Virus record (IMG/VR): IMGVR_UViG_3300009095_000034
Location: 1-39,040 of that record
DNA length: 39,040 nt
Source of the DNA: a virus
Taxonomy: Duplodnaviria; Caudoviricetes
Strand: one strand, 5' to 3'
The position numbers and the translations under genes were made by a program. Under the pieces are notes generated by a model. The model saw only the letters and a program-made list of their open reading frames with translations, was not told where the DNA came from and did not search any database. Shown here piece by piece: positions 1 through 7,824 of this stretch (position 1 is the stretch's first letter; the number at the start of each line of letters is the position of its first letter).

Positions 1-30
1 CCCGCAACGACGCGGCAGAAAGGATGGCCA

Positions 31-123
31 ATGAGCACCGAGCCAGTCAGCATCCCCACGAAACGCGCGCCGATGAAGGTGGTGTTCGCCAGCCTCGTCG
101 GCACCACCATCGAGTGGTACGAC
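31..123 (+). pseudogene. 5' fragment of host MHS-family MFS transporter, interrupted by the prophage
   Basis: ATG at 31 after AGAAAGGA reads MSTEPVSIPTKRAPMKVVFASLVGTTIEWYD, then runs into phage DNA and stops at 154-156. Confidence 0.92.
117..123 (+). other. attL core GTACGAC
   Basis: Identical 7-mer at 38918-38924; the junction restores the host ORF. Confidence 0.9.
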
Positions 124-168
124 AACTACCGCTCACAGTGCTCCGAGCGGCTCTGACCTGCGGTGGAG

Positions 169-1437
169 CTAACTCAACTGGGGCGCTGGGGCACTCTCGG
201 GGCACACCAGCTCGCCGCCGAGTTTGGCGAGATCCGGGTTCTCGGCGGCCAACTCGGCGAACGCGGCGTCGATCGCCTTGCGGGTCCGCTCCTCACTGGA
301 CGGCATGAGGTGCGTGTAGGTCCGGAGCGTGAACGACGGGTCGGCGTGACCGAGGTACTCGGCAACAGCCTTGATCGACTCACCAGCGTCGAGCAGCTTG
401 CTCGCGTAGTAGTGTCGCAGCGCGTGCGCGCCGTTCTTCCTGTCACGAGGGATGCCGACGGCGTCGAGCGCGGGATACCAGACGGCGGCGGTCACGGAGG
501 CGCTGTGCAGAGCCCTCCCCGACTCGTTGGTCAAGATCAACGAGACGGTGTGATCGTCGCCGTCTGGTTCGGCCCACGGGAGGGTTACCTCCCGCGCCGG
601 GTACTTGGCGAGGTAGGCGGCGAGTTCCTCCCGCACGGACGGCGCTAGGGGCACGTCTCGGGTCTTGCCGCCCTTCGGGAGAGCGAACACTCGCCGGTTG
701 CCGACGATCTTCACTTGCCGCCGGACGTGCACCCACCCGCGTAGCCAGTCGATGTCGTCCGGGGAGAGCCCGAACGCCTCGCCCGGTCGGAGCCCGAGCC
801 CGGCGCCGACGACAACGAGCGGCCGATACCGCTCTTCGATCCTCTCCCGCATCCCGGCGACCCACGCCGACGACCACGGGACGACCCGCTCGCGCTCCCG
901 CTTGGGAGGCTTGACCGACTTCGACAGCGCCGGGTTGCGCGGGATGAGCTCGTCCTCGACGGCGGCGGCGAGGATGCTCGCCACGTGGTCGAACACGACG
1001 CGGGCCGTCGAGTCGGCGATCGTGAGTCCCTTGATCCACGCCTGCACGGTGGACGGCCGGATCTTCACGAGCGGCGTTTTCCCGAGCGTGGTCCCGGTGA
1101 CGTACCGGCGAAGCCGCCCGGCGGTGTTCTCGATCGTGAGCGGGTCCGAGGTTCGGTTTGCGAGCCATTCCGCAGCGAACTTGTCGAAGGTGATTTGCCC
1201 GGCCTTCGGGTCGATATACGACCCCTTGAGCATGTCGCCTTCGATTTCCTTGCGCTTGTTGTTGGCGTCCGTCCATTTCGCGAAGGACAGTTTGCGCGGC
1301 TGCTTGTCGGGGTCACGCCAGCGGAGAAGCCAGCGCTTGCCTTTCCCGTACCGGTCGGTTTTGACCTTGTCGACTACGTTGCCGTCCTTGTCTTTGATTT
1401 CTTTCCACCATCGGTCATCAATGCTCGCCACGGTCAC
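169..1437 (-). CDS. int: Tyrosine recombinase / phage integrase
   Basis: GLRPGE (R), K, HALRH (HxxR), LGH and TYTH (Y) catalytic motifs; N-terminal arm-binding region; start may be GTG at 1431. Confidence 0.97.
   Translation of the reverse strand: MTVASIDDRWWKEIKDKDGNVVDKVKTDRYGKGKRWLLRWRDPDKQPRKLSFAKWTDANNKRKEIEGDMLKGSYIDPKAGQITFDKFAAEWLANRTSDPLTIENTAGRLRRYVTGTTLGKTPLVKIRPSTVQAWIKGLTIADSTARVVFDHVASILAAAVEDELIPRNPALSKSVKPPKRERERVVPWSSAWVAGMRERIEERYRPLVVVGAGLGLRPGEAFGLSPDDIDWLRGWVHVRRQVKIVGNRRVFALPKGGKTRDVPLAPSVREELAAYLAKYPAREVTLPWAEPDGDDHTVSLILTNESGRALHSASVTAAVWYPALDAVGIPRDRKNGAHALRHYYASKLLDAGESIKAVAEYLGHADPSFTLRTYTHLMPSSEERTRKAIDAAFAELAAENPDLAKLGGELVCPESAPAPQLS
178..206 (+). repeat. Putative integrase arm-type sites, left arm
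   Basis: CTGGGGCGC / CTGGGGCAC / TCGGGGCACA in tandem, matching the right-arm repeats. Confidence 0.7.
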
Positions 1438-1750
1438 CCCCGGCGATTTCGTCGACGAGCTCGGACAGCAGCGCGTGAAGGCGGCGCGTTCGGTCGGTGC
1501 CGCCGCTGCCGTAGAGCAACGTGATCGGGTCGGTGTCGAGTGCGGCGGCGAGCGCGACCAGGTCGTCTACGTCGACCGGTCGGCGGCCGTCCTCGATCTT
1601 GGTGATGACGTCGATCGACAGCGGGCGCCCGGCGTCCTTGAGGCGGGCGGAGAGTCCGGTCTTGGTGATATGGGCGGAGGTGCGGAGTTCGCGGACCTGC
1701 TCGGCGACGCGGCGGCCGACGGGTCCGGGTTGGGGATGCGACTTCGGCAT
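1418..1750 (-). CDS. XRE-family HTH repressor, overlapping the int start
   Basis: VRELR...ITKTGLSARL...VITKIEDGRRPVDVDDLVALAAAL XRE pattern. Confidence 0.88.
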   Translation of the reverse strand: MPKSHPQPGPVGRRVAEQVRELRTSAHITKTGLSARLKDAGRPLSIDVITKIEDGRRPVDVDDLVALAAALDTDPITLLYGSGGTDRTRRLHALLSELVDEIAGGDRGEH

Positions 1751-1753
1751 GAT

Positions 1754-1787
1754 GACGACTCTAGTCGTCGACTTGACGAGTCGTCAA
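1754..1787. promoter_or_regulatory. Putative operators in the divergent repressor/xis gap
   Basis: GACGACT-CT-AGTCGTC (1754-1769) and TTGACGA-G-TCGTCAA (1773-1787) palindromes. Confidence 0.65.
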
Positions 1788-1829
1788 ACGGCGGTGAGGA
1801 TCGGTGGAGATCGACGAGGAGGGGTGAGG

Positions 1830-2015
1830 ATGGATGACCCGCTCATGACGCCGGACGAGCTCGCCGCGTACCTCCGGGTAAAGACGGCGACGCTGCGGGA
1901 CTGGCGGTACCACCGGACCGGGCCGCCGTACACCCATGTCGGCCGACACGTGCGGTACCGGTGGTCCGATGTGGACGAGTGGCTCCGGGAGAACGCAGTC
2001 GACGGCGCCGCATAG
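1830..2015 (+). CDS. xis: Excisionase / recombination directionality factor (HTH_17-like)
   Basis: MDDPLMTPDELAAYLRVKTATLRDWRYHRTGPPYTHVGRHVRYRWSDVDEWL; GAGGAGG RBS. Confidence 0.88.
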   Translation: MDDPLMTPDELAAYLRVKTATLRDWRYHRTGPPYTHVGRHVRYRWSDVDEWLRENAVDGAA

Positions 2016-2018
2016 ACG

Positions 2019-2056
2019 ACGAGCCCCCGTCGCCGGAAGTGGCGACGGGGGCTCGT
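2019..2056. terminator. Stem-loop terminator between convergent xis and DUF397 genes
   Basis: 16-bp perfect stem ACGAGCCCCCGTCGCC / GGCGACGGGGGCTCGT followed by TTT. Confidence 0.85.
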
Positions 2057-2083
2057 TTTCGGGTGGCTGCTACCCGTTGTCGA

Positions 2084-2293
2084 TCAGGCAGGAAGGTCGC
2101 CGTTGCGGACGGCGTCGACGAACTTCGCCCAAGCGGCGCGGGACACGGCGAGCATGTCCCGGTTCGGGTCGCCCTCCTGCTTGGTGTCACGGATGCCCGT
2201 CATGTCGGGCGCCCATCCGATCTCGACGCACTCGGCGTTGGGGTTGCTCCGGGAGGACTTCCTCCACCCGGTGAACTGGTTGGGGTTAGGCAT
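2084..2293 (-). CDS. DUF397 protein (BldB/Scr2-like)
   Basis: WRKSSRS...ECVEIG...IRDTK...AAWAKFVDAVRNG signature. Confidence 0.93.
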   Translation of the reverse strand: MPNPNQFTGWRKSSRSNPNAECVEIGWAPDMTGIRDTKQEGDPNRDMLAVSRAAWAKFVDAVRNGDLPA

Positions 2294-2318
2294 GGCTGCC
2301 GTGCCTTTCTCTCTCGCT

Positions 2319-3191
2319 TCACAGTGCCCCGGCCGCTTCGGTGATCATCGCTCGCGAGTCCTCCTCGTCGAGTGCCACCTTGTCGAGCTGGGACAGACAC
2401 ACCGTATAAGCCTCGATGTCGGCGGGCGTGTCCTGGTAGACGGCGCCTTGCCGGTTCTCGACGTAGACGAACCCGGGCACGTCCTCGTCCGGGAATTGCA
2501 GCATGACGAACGACCCGAACATCCCGGCGTGCGCTCCGGCCGCGAACGGGACGACTCGGATCGAGACGTTGTCGGCGCGGGACGCCTCGACAAGCCGTTC
2601 GAGTTGCTCGCGCATCACATCGGCACCGCCAACAGGGCGCCGGAGAACCGCCTCATTGAGGAAGTATTTCAATTCTGGCGGCTGATCGTGATTCACCTCC
2701 TCCTGCCGCTTCATCCGGAATTCGACACGCTTCGCGACTTCGTCGTCTGGCAAATCAGGAACAAGAGTCCGGGTGCTCGCCTCGATGTAAGCGGCCGTCT
2801 GTAGCTGCCCCGGAACCCACTCGGATTGATAGCTCCAAATGGTCGCAGCGTCGGCTTCCTGCCCAACGAACGACAGGAAGTATTCCGGGGTTGTCTCGCG
2901 GTATTGCGTCCACCATCCGCGTTGGTTCGCGGCGCGGGCGAGCTCGACGAGTGTGTTCGTGGTCCCGGCGTCGGCGCCGTAGAGCGTGCACAGGAGCCGG
3001 ACGGCGGGCGGCTTGATCGCCTGCTTCCCGAGCTCGATCTTGCTCACGGTCGGCGGCTGCACTTCGAGCCACTCGGCGGCGTCCTCGCGGAGCTTGCCCG
3101 CGTCCTTCCGGAGTTGCCGAAGCATCGCGCCGAGCTGCCGTCGGCGCACGGACGGACCGCGCCGCGTCGTAGCGCGCCCACCTGTCGACAT
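2319..3191 (-). CDS. XRE-HTH + DUF5753 regulator (WhiJ/Scr1-like)
   Basis: RRRQLGAMLRQLR HTH; GWW; VPGQLQTAAY; NEAVLRRPVGGADVMREQLERL; FVYVE. Confidence 0.94.
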   Translation of the reverse strand: MSTGGRATTRRGPSVRRRQLGAMLRQLRKDAGKLREDAAEWLEVQPPTVSKIELGKQAIKPPAVRLLCTLYGADAGTTNTLVELARAANQRGWWTQYRETTPEYFLSFVGQEADAATIWSYQSEWVPGQLQTAAYIEASTRTLVPDLPDDEVAKRVEFRMKRQEEVNHDQPPELKYFLNEAVLRRPVGGADVMREQLERLVEASRADNVSIRVVPFAAGAHAGMFGSFVMLQFPDEDVPGFVYVENRQGAVYQDTPADIEAYTVCLSQLDKVALDEEDSRAMITEAAGAL

Positions 3192-3250
3192 GAGACCTCC
3201 ACTCGATCATGGCCACCGGGGCGAACAGTCTGTCACGCCCGGTCCTGGTC

Positions 3251-3367
3251 GGAACGTTCTCGTCCGATCGGGTGTATCGACCTTACGAGTTGAACAAGAA
3301 CGATTGCTAGAGGAACGTTCCCCATGCCATTGTTCCCGACACGATCAGTCGTCGGAAGGCACGTTCC
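3251..3367. promoter_or_regulatory. Three GGAACGTTCC-like palindromes in the divergent intergenic region
   Basis: GGAACGTTCT (3251), GGAACGTTCC (3312), GGCACGTTCC (3358). Confidence 0.5.
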
Positions 3368-3393
3368 GCCGACACCACTCACGGGGGTGCCCC

Positions 3394-3570
3394 ATGTCGG
3401 ACCTGTACGCACCAGCGGTGACGCTCCTAGCGCTCGTGATCACGGGTGGAGCGCTGTGCGTTGGCTCCGTTGCCGACGCCGTCCGCGACGCCGACTGGTG
3501 GGTCATCCTGCGCGGCCGTGCCAGCGCCAGGCGCGCCCGATTCCGCCGCTGGCGGGAGGCCCGGCGGTGA
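3394..3570 (+). CDS. Small protein with N-terminal hydrophobic helix and Arg-rich tail
   Basis: MSDLYAPAVTLLALVITGGALCVGS...; GGGGG RBS-like sequence; first gene of the + operon. Confidence 0.6.
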   Translation: MSDLYAPAVTLLALVITGGALCVGSVADAVRDADWWVILRGRASARRARFRRWREARR

Positions 3571-3830
3571 GCACCCCTCGAATCCAGCCCGACCCCGTGC
3601 GGTCGCGAAACGGAGAGCGCCGCCTACAGCGTGCGCCCCTGATCGCCGCCGCGTTCCGGTCCCGCGTGGGAGACCGATCCCCCGAGTACGCGGCGCCGCA
3701 CGGGGACTCGTCCGGTGTGCCCGTCCCCTCCTGGCACCACACCGGACGAGCCATCCCGTCGGCCGGAGCGGGCGACCGCGAGCGCCTGTCTCCGGCCGAC
3801 GGACCCCGACCATTTCCGGAGGACACAACC

Positions 3831-4409
3831 ATGAGCACGCGGGTTGTTCTGGCGCGGGCACGCCGTGTCGGCGCATTGAGCGGCGGGCCATCCCTCGACG
3901 GGCCGCCGGAGGTTCACGCCTACCGCGTGTCGGTCGATGAGCTTTCGGCCGTCAGCGGCGATCTCAGCGCCGCGACCGACGCACCCGGCGAGCCTGGCTC
4001 GATGTGGGTAGCGGTGTGCGGAAACAAGCTCTCCCGGGGGGAGGCCGAGATCGTCGAGCGCTACGCCGGAGCGCCGTGCATGAGCTGCATGATGGCGGCG
4101 ATCATGGCGAGCGACGTCGCGCCGCTCAGCCGCGCCGACGTCGAGACGCCGCCCGCGCTGCCTCCGGCGCCCCCGGGCGTCGAGCTCGATCCCGCCTCGC
4201 CGGAGCCGTCGGCGCTCCCCGCGACGCCGACGCCGATGTACGCCGCTTCCTGGCGGGAGCGCGTCGTCCACATCGTCGAGCCGGGCGCGCCGGTCAAGGA
4301 GGTCGACGGCCGCACGCTCGTCATGGGTGCGTGCGGCGGGATCGGATGGCCCTGCAACAAGCCGAAGACCTGGGAGGTCTGCCCGGAGTGCAAGGCGGCG
4401 ACGTCATGA
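3831..4409 (+). CDS. Tandem HC3-type zinc-finger protein
   Basis: Two H...CG...CxxC units (VHAY..AVCG..CMSC; VHIV..ACG..CPEC) with a Pro-rich linker; GGAGGA RBS; in-frame alternative GTG start at 3567. Confidence 0.72.
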   Translation: MSTRVVLARARRVGALSGGPSLDGPPEVHAYRVSVDELSAVSGDLSAATDAPGEPGSMWVAVCGNKLSRGEAEIVERYAGAPCMSCMMAAIMASDVAPLSRADVETPPALPPAPPGVELDPASPEPSALPATPTPMYAASWRERVVHIVEPGAPVKEVDGRTLVMGACGGIGWPCNKPKTWEVCPECKAATS

Positions 4410-4603
4410 GCACGCTCGCCGAAGGGCTCGGCCTGCTCGCCGCCGCGTTGAGCAAGTTCGACGCCTACGCCGACGAGGTCGACGGCGACGACGAGACGTA
4501 TTCGTTGGTAGTCGAGACGATGAACGGCATTGAGGCGGGCTCGGCGCGGCTGGCGTGTTTGCTAGGACCTGAGCAGCAGGAGGCCGACCGATGCAGCGCG
4601 TGA
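4406..4603 (+). CDS. Hypothetical acidic protein (65 aa)
   Basis: ATGA overlap with the upstream stop; MSTLAEGLGLLAAALSKFDAYADE. Confidence 0.65.
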   Translation: MSTLAEGLGLLAAALSKFDAYADEVDGDDETYSLVVETMNGIEAGSARLACLLGPEQQEADRCSA

Positions 4604-4986
4604 GGCCACGACTGGGAGCCTCGCTGGCATGGGCCGGGGAGATCCCGGCGGACTTGACCGAGCTTGACCCGCCGACTTCGCCACGTTTCGCGGCGCTGCT
4701 CGACGTCACCGCCCCGGACATTCCCGTTGTGCAGGAAGGGAATTCGGCGCAGCCGCGTAAGGATGAGCCCGCGCAGCATGAGCCCGCCGAGCGTGCTCCG
4801 CGACCGGGCGAGTACGCCCCGATCACGCTGGAGCTGTTAGAGCGGCTACGCGATGCACTGGAGCAGTTGCCCCTCGATCAGCGGTGCGCACCCGGCGCAC
4901 CGGTCCCCAACGATGAAACGGAGGTGAGCGACGGCGCGCATACTGCGCCCTTGTTCCTAGATCAAGATGTCCGGAAGATCGCATGA
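4591..4986 (+). CDS. Hypothetical protein
   Basis: AGGAGG RBS; fills the operon up to the RiPP precursor. Confidence 0.55.
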   Translation: MQRVRPRLGASLAWAGEIPADLTELDPPTSPRFAALLDVTAPDIPVVQEGNSAQPRKDEPAQHEPAERAPRPGEYAPITLELLERLRDALEQLPLDQRCAPGAPVPNDETEVSDGAHTAPLFLDQDVRKIA

Positions 4987-5012
4987 CGGCACTACGGGAG
5001 GATTCCCCAACG

Positions 5013-5339
5013 ATGACCGCAGCACTCACGCGAGACACCGACCACGAGGTCGATCCGCTCGCTTCGCACGGGATGAAGTTCGCCCCCGGTGTGCGCGAGC
5101 TCGGCGACCCTGTCGAGGCCGAGCCGACGGCGCCGACCCCGTTCGGGCTGCGTTGGCTGACGCCGGTCGAGCGCCCGACCGTGCCGGAGTACCGGCTCGA
5201 CGGTGAGCGGCAGGTCGCCGTGGACCCGTCCGGGGCGCCCCTCGCCCCGCAGATGAAGAAGGATTGGACGACGACCGACTACTCCACCGACGGGGAGGAC
5301 CCGCCGTCGAGCGAGGAATTCGGCTGGGAGGAAGTCTGA
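5013..5339 (+). CDS. tgmA: ATP-grasp-modified RiPP precursor (graspetide/graspimiditide type)
   Basis: GGGAGGA RBS (alternative start 4983); leader PFGLR and YRLDGERQVAVDPSGAPL; core KKDWTTTDYSTDGEDPPSSEEFGWEEV with Thr/Ser donors, DG and acidic acceptors. Confidence 0.88.
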   Translation: MTAALTRDTDHEVDPLASHGMKFAPGVRELGDPVEAEPTAPTPFGLRWLTPVERPTVPEYRLDGERQVAVDPSGAPLAPQMKKDWTTTDYSTDGEDPPSSEEFGWEEV

Positions 5340-5342
5340 TCC

Positions 5343-6299
5343 ATGTCGGTGCTCGTACTCGCCCGTGACTTCGACCCGACGGCGGACGCGGTCGTCGAGC
5401 GCCTGACGGCGGCGGGCGTGAAGGTGCTCCGCGCCGACCTGGCGGACTTCCCGCAACGGTTACACCTGGACGCCCGCCTCCGTGACGGCCGGTGGTCTGG
5501 TCTGGTGAGTACCGAGCACCACTCGGTGACGCTCGACGGGTTGCGGTCGATCTGGTACCGCAACCCGTCGGCGTACTCGGTGCCGTCCGGGTTGGACGCG
5601 GCGGCGCGGAACTTCGTGTTCCGAGAGGCCAAGCTCGGACTCGGCGGCGTACTCGCGGCGCTGCCCGGCGTGCTGTGGGCGAATTCGCCGAACCGGTGTG
5701 CCGACGCGCTGTACAAGCCGTATCAGTGGTCGATCGCCGCCAACTGTGGACTGACCGTCCCCGACACGGTGATCACGAACTCCGGTGGTGTCGTGCGCGA
5801 GTTCGTCGCCGACCATCCCGACGTGGTCTCGAAGCCGCTCGGTGGTGCGGGGATGACGTCGAACGGGCAGGCGTACTTGAGCTACACGCATCGGCTCACG
5901 ACCAGCGACCTTGTCGACCTCGACGGGGTCGGGATGACGGCGACCACGGTGCAGGAGTGGGTACCGAAGTCCTACGAGGTGCGCGTCACGGTCATCGGTG
6001 ACGAGTGGTTCCCGGTCCGCATCGACGCCGGGGACGGCGGCCGGGAGGACTGGCGGGCCGATCCGGAGGGCGCGGCGTACTCGTTCGTCGACATGCCGAA
6101 GACCGTCTACAAGGGTCTCGCCGACCTCATGCGCCGGTTGGGTCTGACCTACACCGGGGCGGACTTCATCGTCCGCCCGGATGGGGAGTGGGTGTTCCTC
6201 GAAGCCAACAGCGGACCACAGTTCGGGTGGTTGGAAACGGCGACCGGCGCGGACATGACGGGCGCGATGGCACGGCTACTAGCAAAGGGGCTCACGTGA
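5343..6299 (+). CDS. tgmB: ATP-grasp ribosomal peptide maturase (MvdD/RimK-like)
   Basis: VLVLARDFDPTAD, SIWYRNP, KPYQ, SKPL, QEWVPKSYEVRVTVIG, DWR, ADFIV...WVFLEAN..QFGWLE. Confidence 0.94.
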   Translation: MSVLVLARDFDPTADAVVERLTAAGVKVLRADLADFPQRLHLDARLRDGRWSGLVSTEHHSVTLDGLRSIWYRNPSAYSVPSGLDAAARNFVFREAKLGLGGVLAALPGVLWANSPNRCADALYKPYQWSIAANCGLTVPDTVITNSGGVVREFVADHPDVVSKPLGGAGMTSNGQAYLSYTHRLTTSDLVDLDGVGMTATTVQEWVPKSYEVRVTVIGDEWFPVRIDAGDGGREDWRADPEGAAYSFVDMPKTVYKGLADLMRRLGLTYTGADFIVRPDGEWVFLEANSGPQFGWLETATGADMTGAMARLLAKGLT

Positions 6300-7447
6300 C
6301 AGCGACAGCATGGCCGGGGCTCGCTCACGGCCTGGTGGACGAGCTGGTCGACAAGGGCAAGCTCGTATCGCCGGAGTGGCAACACGCGATGCGGACCGTT
6401 CCCCGGCACGAGTTCGTGCCGAAGTTCTACGAACAGCGCGACCGGCAATGGCACGAGGTCACCGCCGAGTCCGACCCGGACCGGTGGTTGACGCAGGTCT
6501 ACACCAACAAGCCGTTGGTGACGCAGCTCGGCGAACTGCATCACGGCGGGATCGGGCCGACGTCGTCGTCCTCCGCGCCCGGTCTCATGGCGCGGATGCT
6601 CGAAGCGCTCGATGTCCGGGACGGGCACCGGGTGTGCGAGATCGGCACCGGCACCGGGTGGAACTACGCGCTTCTCGCGAACCGGCTCGGACCCGAGCGC
6701 GTGTTCTCCGTGGACCTGGACGGCGAGCTCGTCGAGCAAGCCCGGGAGAACATTCGTCGCGTCGGCTACGAACCGAACCTCGCGACCGCTGACGGCGCCG
6801 ACGGGTGGCCGGGCGGCGGGCCGTTCGATCGGCTCATCGCGACGTGCGCGGTGAACCGGATTCCGGCCGCGTGGATCGAGCAGACCCGCGAGGGCGGGAT
6901 CATCCTCGCGGACCTCAAGGTCGGCACGAGCACGGGCAACCTGGTCCGGCTGCGGCGGACCGCGAACGGCGCCGAAGGCCGATTCGTGGACGGGTTCTCG
7001 GCGTTCATGCTCATGCGCGGCGAGACGCACCCGCCGATCTCGGGGTACCCCGAGCGCGACCGCCAGCAGGCGCGGCACCGATACACGACGGTGATGGAGG
7101 AACGCCCGTGGGAATCGCCGGTCTGGTGGTTCCTGGCGTGCCTGTCCATGCCGTCCGGCGTGCGGTTCGGCTACACCCTGAACCCGATCACGGAGCAACC
7201 CGACGCGGTATCTCTGAGTTGCCCCGACGGGTCCTGGTGCGAGGTGTCGATCGACGCTGCTCGCCACGGCCGGAAGGTGTGGGAGGGCGGACCCGTGTCG
7301 CTGTGGTCGGCCGTCGAGCAGGCTCGCGACATCTGGTCGGCGCACGGGCGCCCGGACTGGTCGCGGCTCGGGCTCACCGTCACCGGCCGCGAACACGTCG
7401 TGTGGCTCGATTCTCCGTCCGGTCTTCGTTGGACGGTGGCCGACTAG
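6296..7447 (+). CDS. tgmC: PIMT-like O-methyltransferase of ATP-grasp RiPP system (aspartimide-forming type)
   Basis: GTGA overlap; PRHEFVP, TSSSSAPGLMARMLEAL, EIGTGTGWN SAM motif, DGADG, FDRLIATC; C-terminal GPVSLW..GRPDWSRLGLTV extension. Confidence 0.93.
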   Translation: MTATAWPGLAHGLVDELVDKGKLVSPEWQHAMRTVPRHEFVPKFYEQRDRQWHEVTAESDPDRWLTQVYTNKPLVTQLGELHHGGIGPTSSSSAPGLMARMLEALDVRDGHRVCEIGTGTGWNYALLANRLGPERVFSVDLDGELVEQARENIRRVGYEPNLATADGADGWPGGGPFDRLIATCAVNRIPAAWIEQTREGGIILADLKVGTSTGNLVRLRRTANGAEGRFVDGFSAFMLMRGETHPPISGYPERDRQQARHRYTTVMEERPWESPVWWFLACLSMPSGVRFGYTLNPITEQPDAVSLSCPDGSWCEVSIDAARHGRKVWEGGPVSLWSAVEQARDIWSAHGRPDWSRLGLTVTGREHVVWLDSPSGLRWTVAD

Positions 7448-7458
7448 CAGACACGACG

Positions 7459-7513
7459 GAACGCCCCGACCCTCCCCGTGAAGCGAGAGAACTCCGGGAG
7501 GGTCGGGGCGTTC
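7459..7513. terminator. Bidirectional stem-loop between the RiPP operon and the lysis cassette
   Basis: 18-bp perfect inverted repeat GAACGCCCCGACCCTCCC / GGGAGGGTCGGGGCGTTC. Confidence 0.85.
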
Positions 7514-7540
7514 TTGTGCCCGGTGCAGCCAACCGGGCGC

Positions 7541-7819
7541 CTATTCCGCGAGCCGTGTCGGCGGCGCGGCCGGGACGAGCGCCGTCCCGTCAGCCGTTCG
7601 CGGCCGTGCCGCCGGGGTCACCTTACGACGGGTCCAGATCGTCAGGAGGACCGACGCGAGGACGCCGAGCCCGGTCAACCCGACGGTGAGCCCGTTCGCC
7701 TCGCCGTTGGTGACCCACCCGGCGCCGACCGCGAGCGCCACCAGGACGCGGACGAGCTCGGCGAACCCGGCCGGTTCGGTGTGCATCTTCGACGGCTCCT
7801 GTGGAAGCTGGTGGCTCAT
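7541..7819 (-). CDS. Putative holin (2 TM)
   Basis: EPAGFAELVRVLVALAVGAGWV...LGVLASVLLTIWTRRKVTP; directly after the endolysin. Confidence 0.75.
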   Translation of the reverse strand: MSHQLPQEPSKMHTEPAGFAELVRVLVALAVGAGWVTNGEANGLTVGLTGLGVLASVLLTIWTRRKVTPAARPRTADGTALVPAAPPTRLAE

Positions 7820-7824
7820 GGTGA

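Noticed and set aside
24-308. 94-aa ORF from the track at the left edge
   Set aside because: Wrong frame; the real host gene starts at 31 and reads the MFS motif
665-1837. Long antisense ORFs (also 6149-7396, 15386-16681, 20482-21582, 25207-26196)
   Set aside because: Shadow frames of well-supported genes, expected in high-GC DNA
2084-3191. Toxin-antitoxin call for the XRE/DUF397 pair
   Set aside because: Once predicted as TA, but characterised Streptomyces members behave as regulators; no toxin motif is visible
6005-6295. N-terminal extension of the methyltransferase
   Set aside because: Overlaps tgmB; the coupled GTG at 6296 is more plausible
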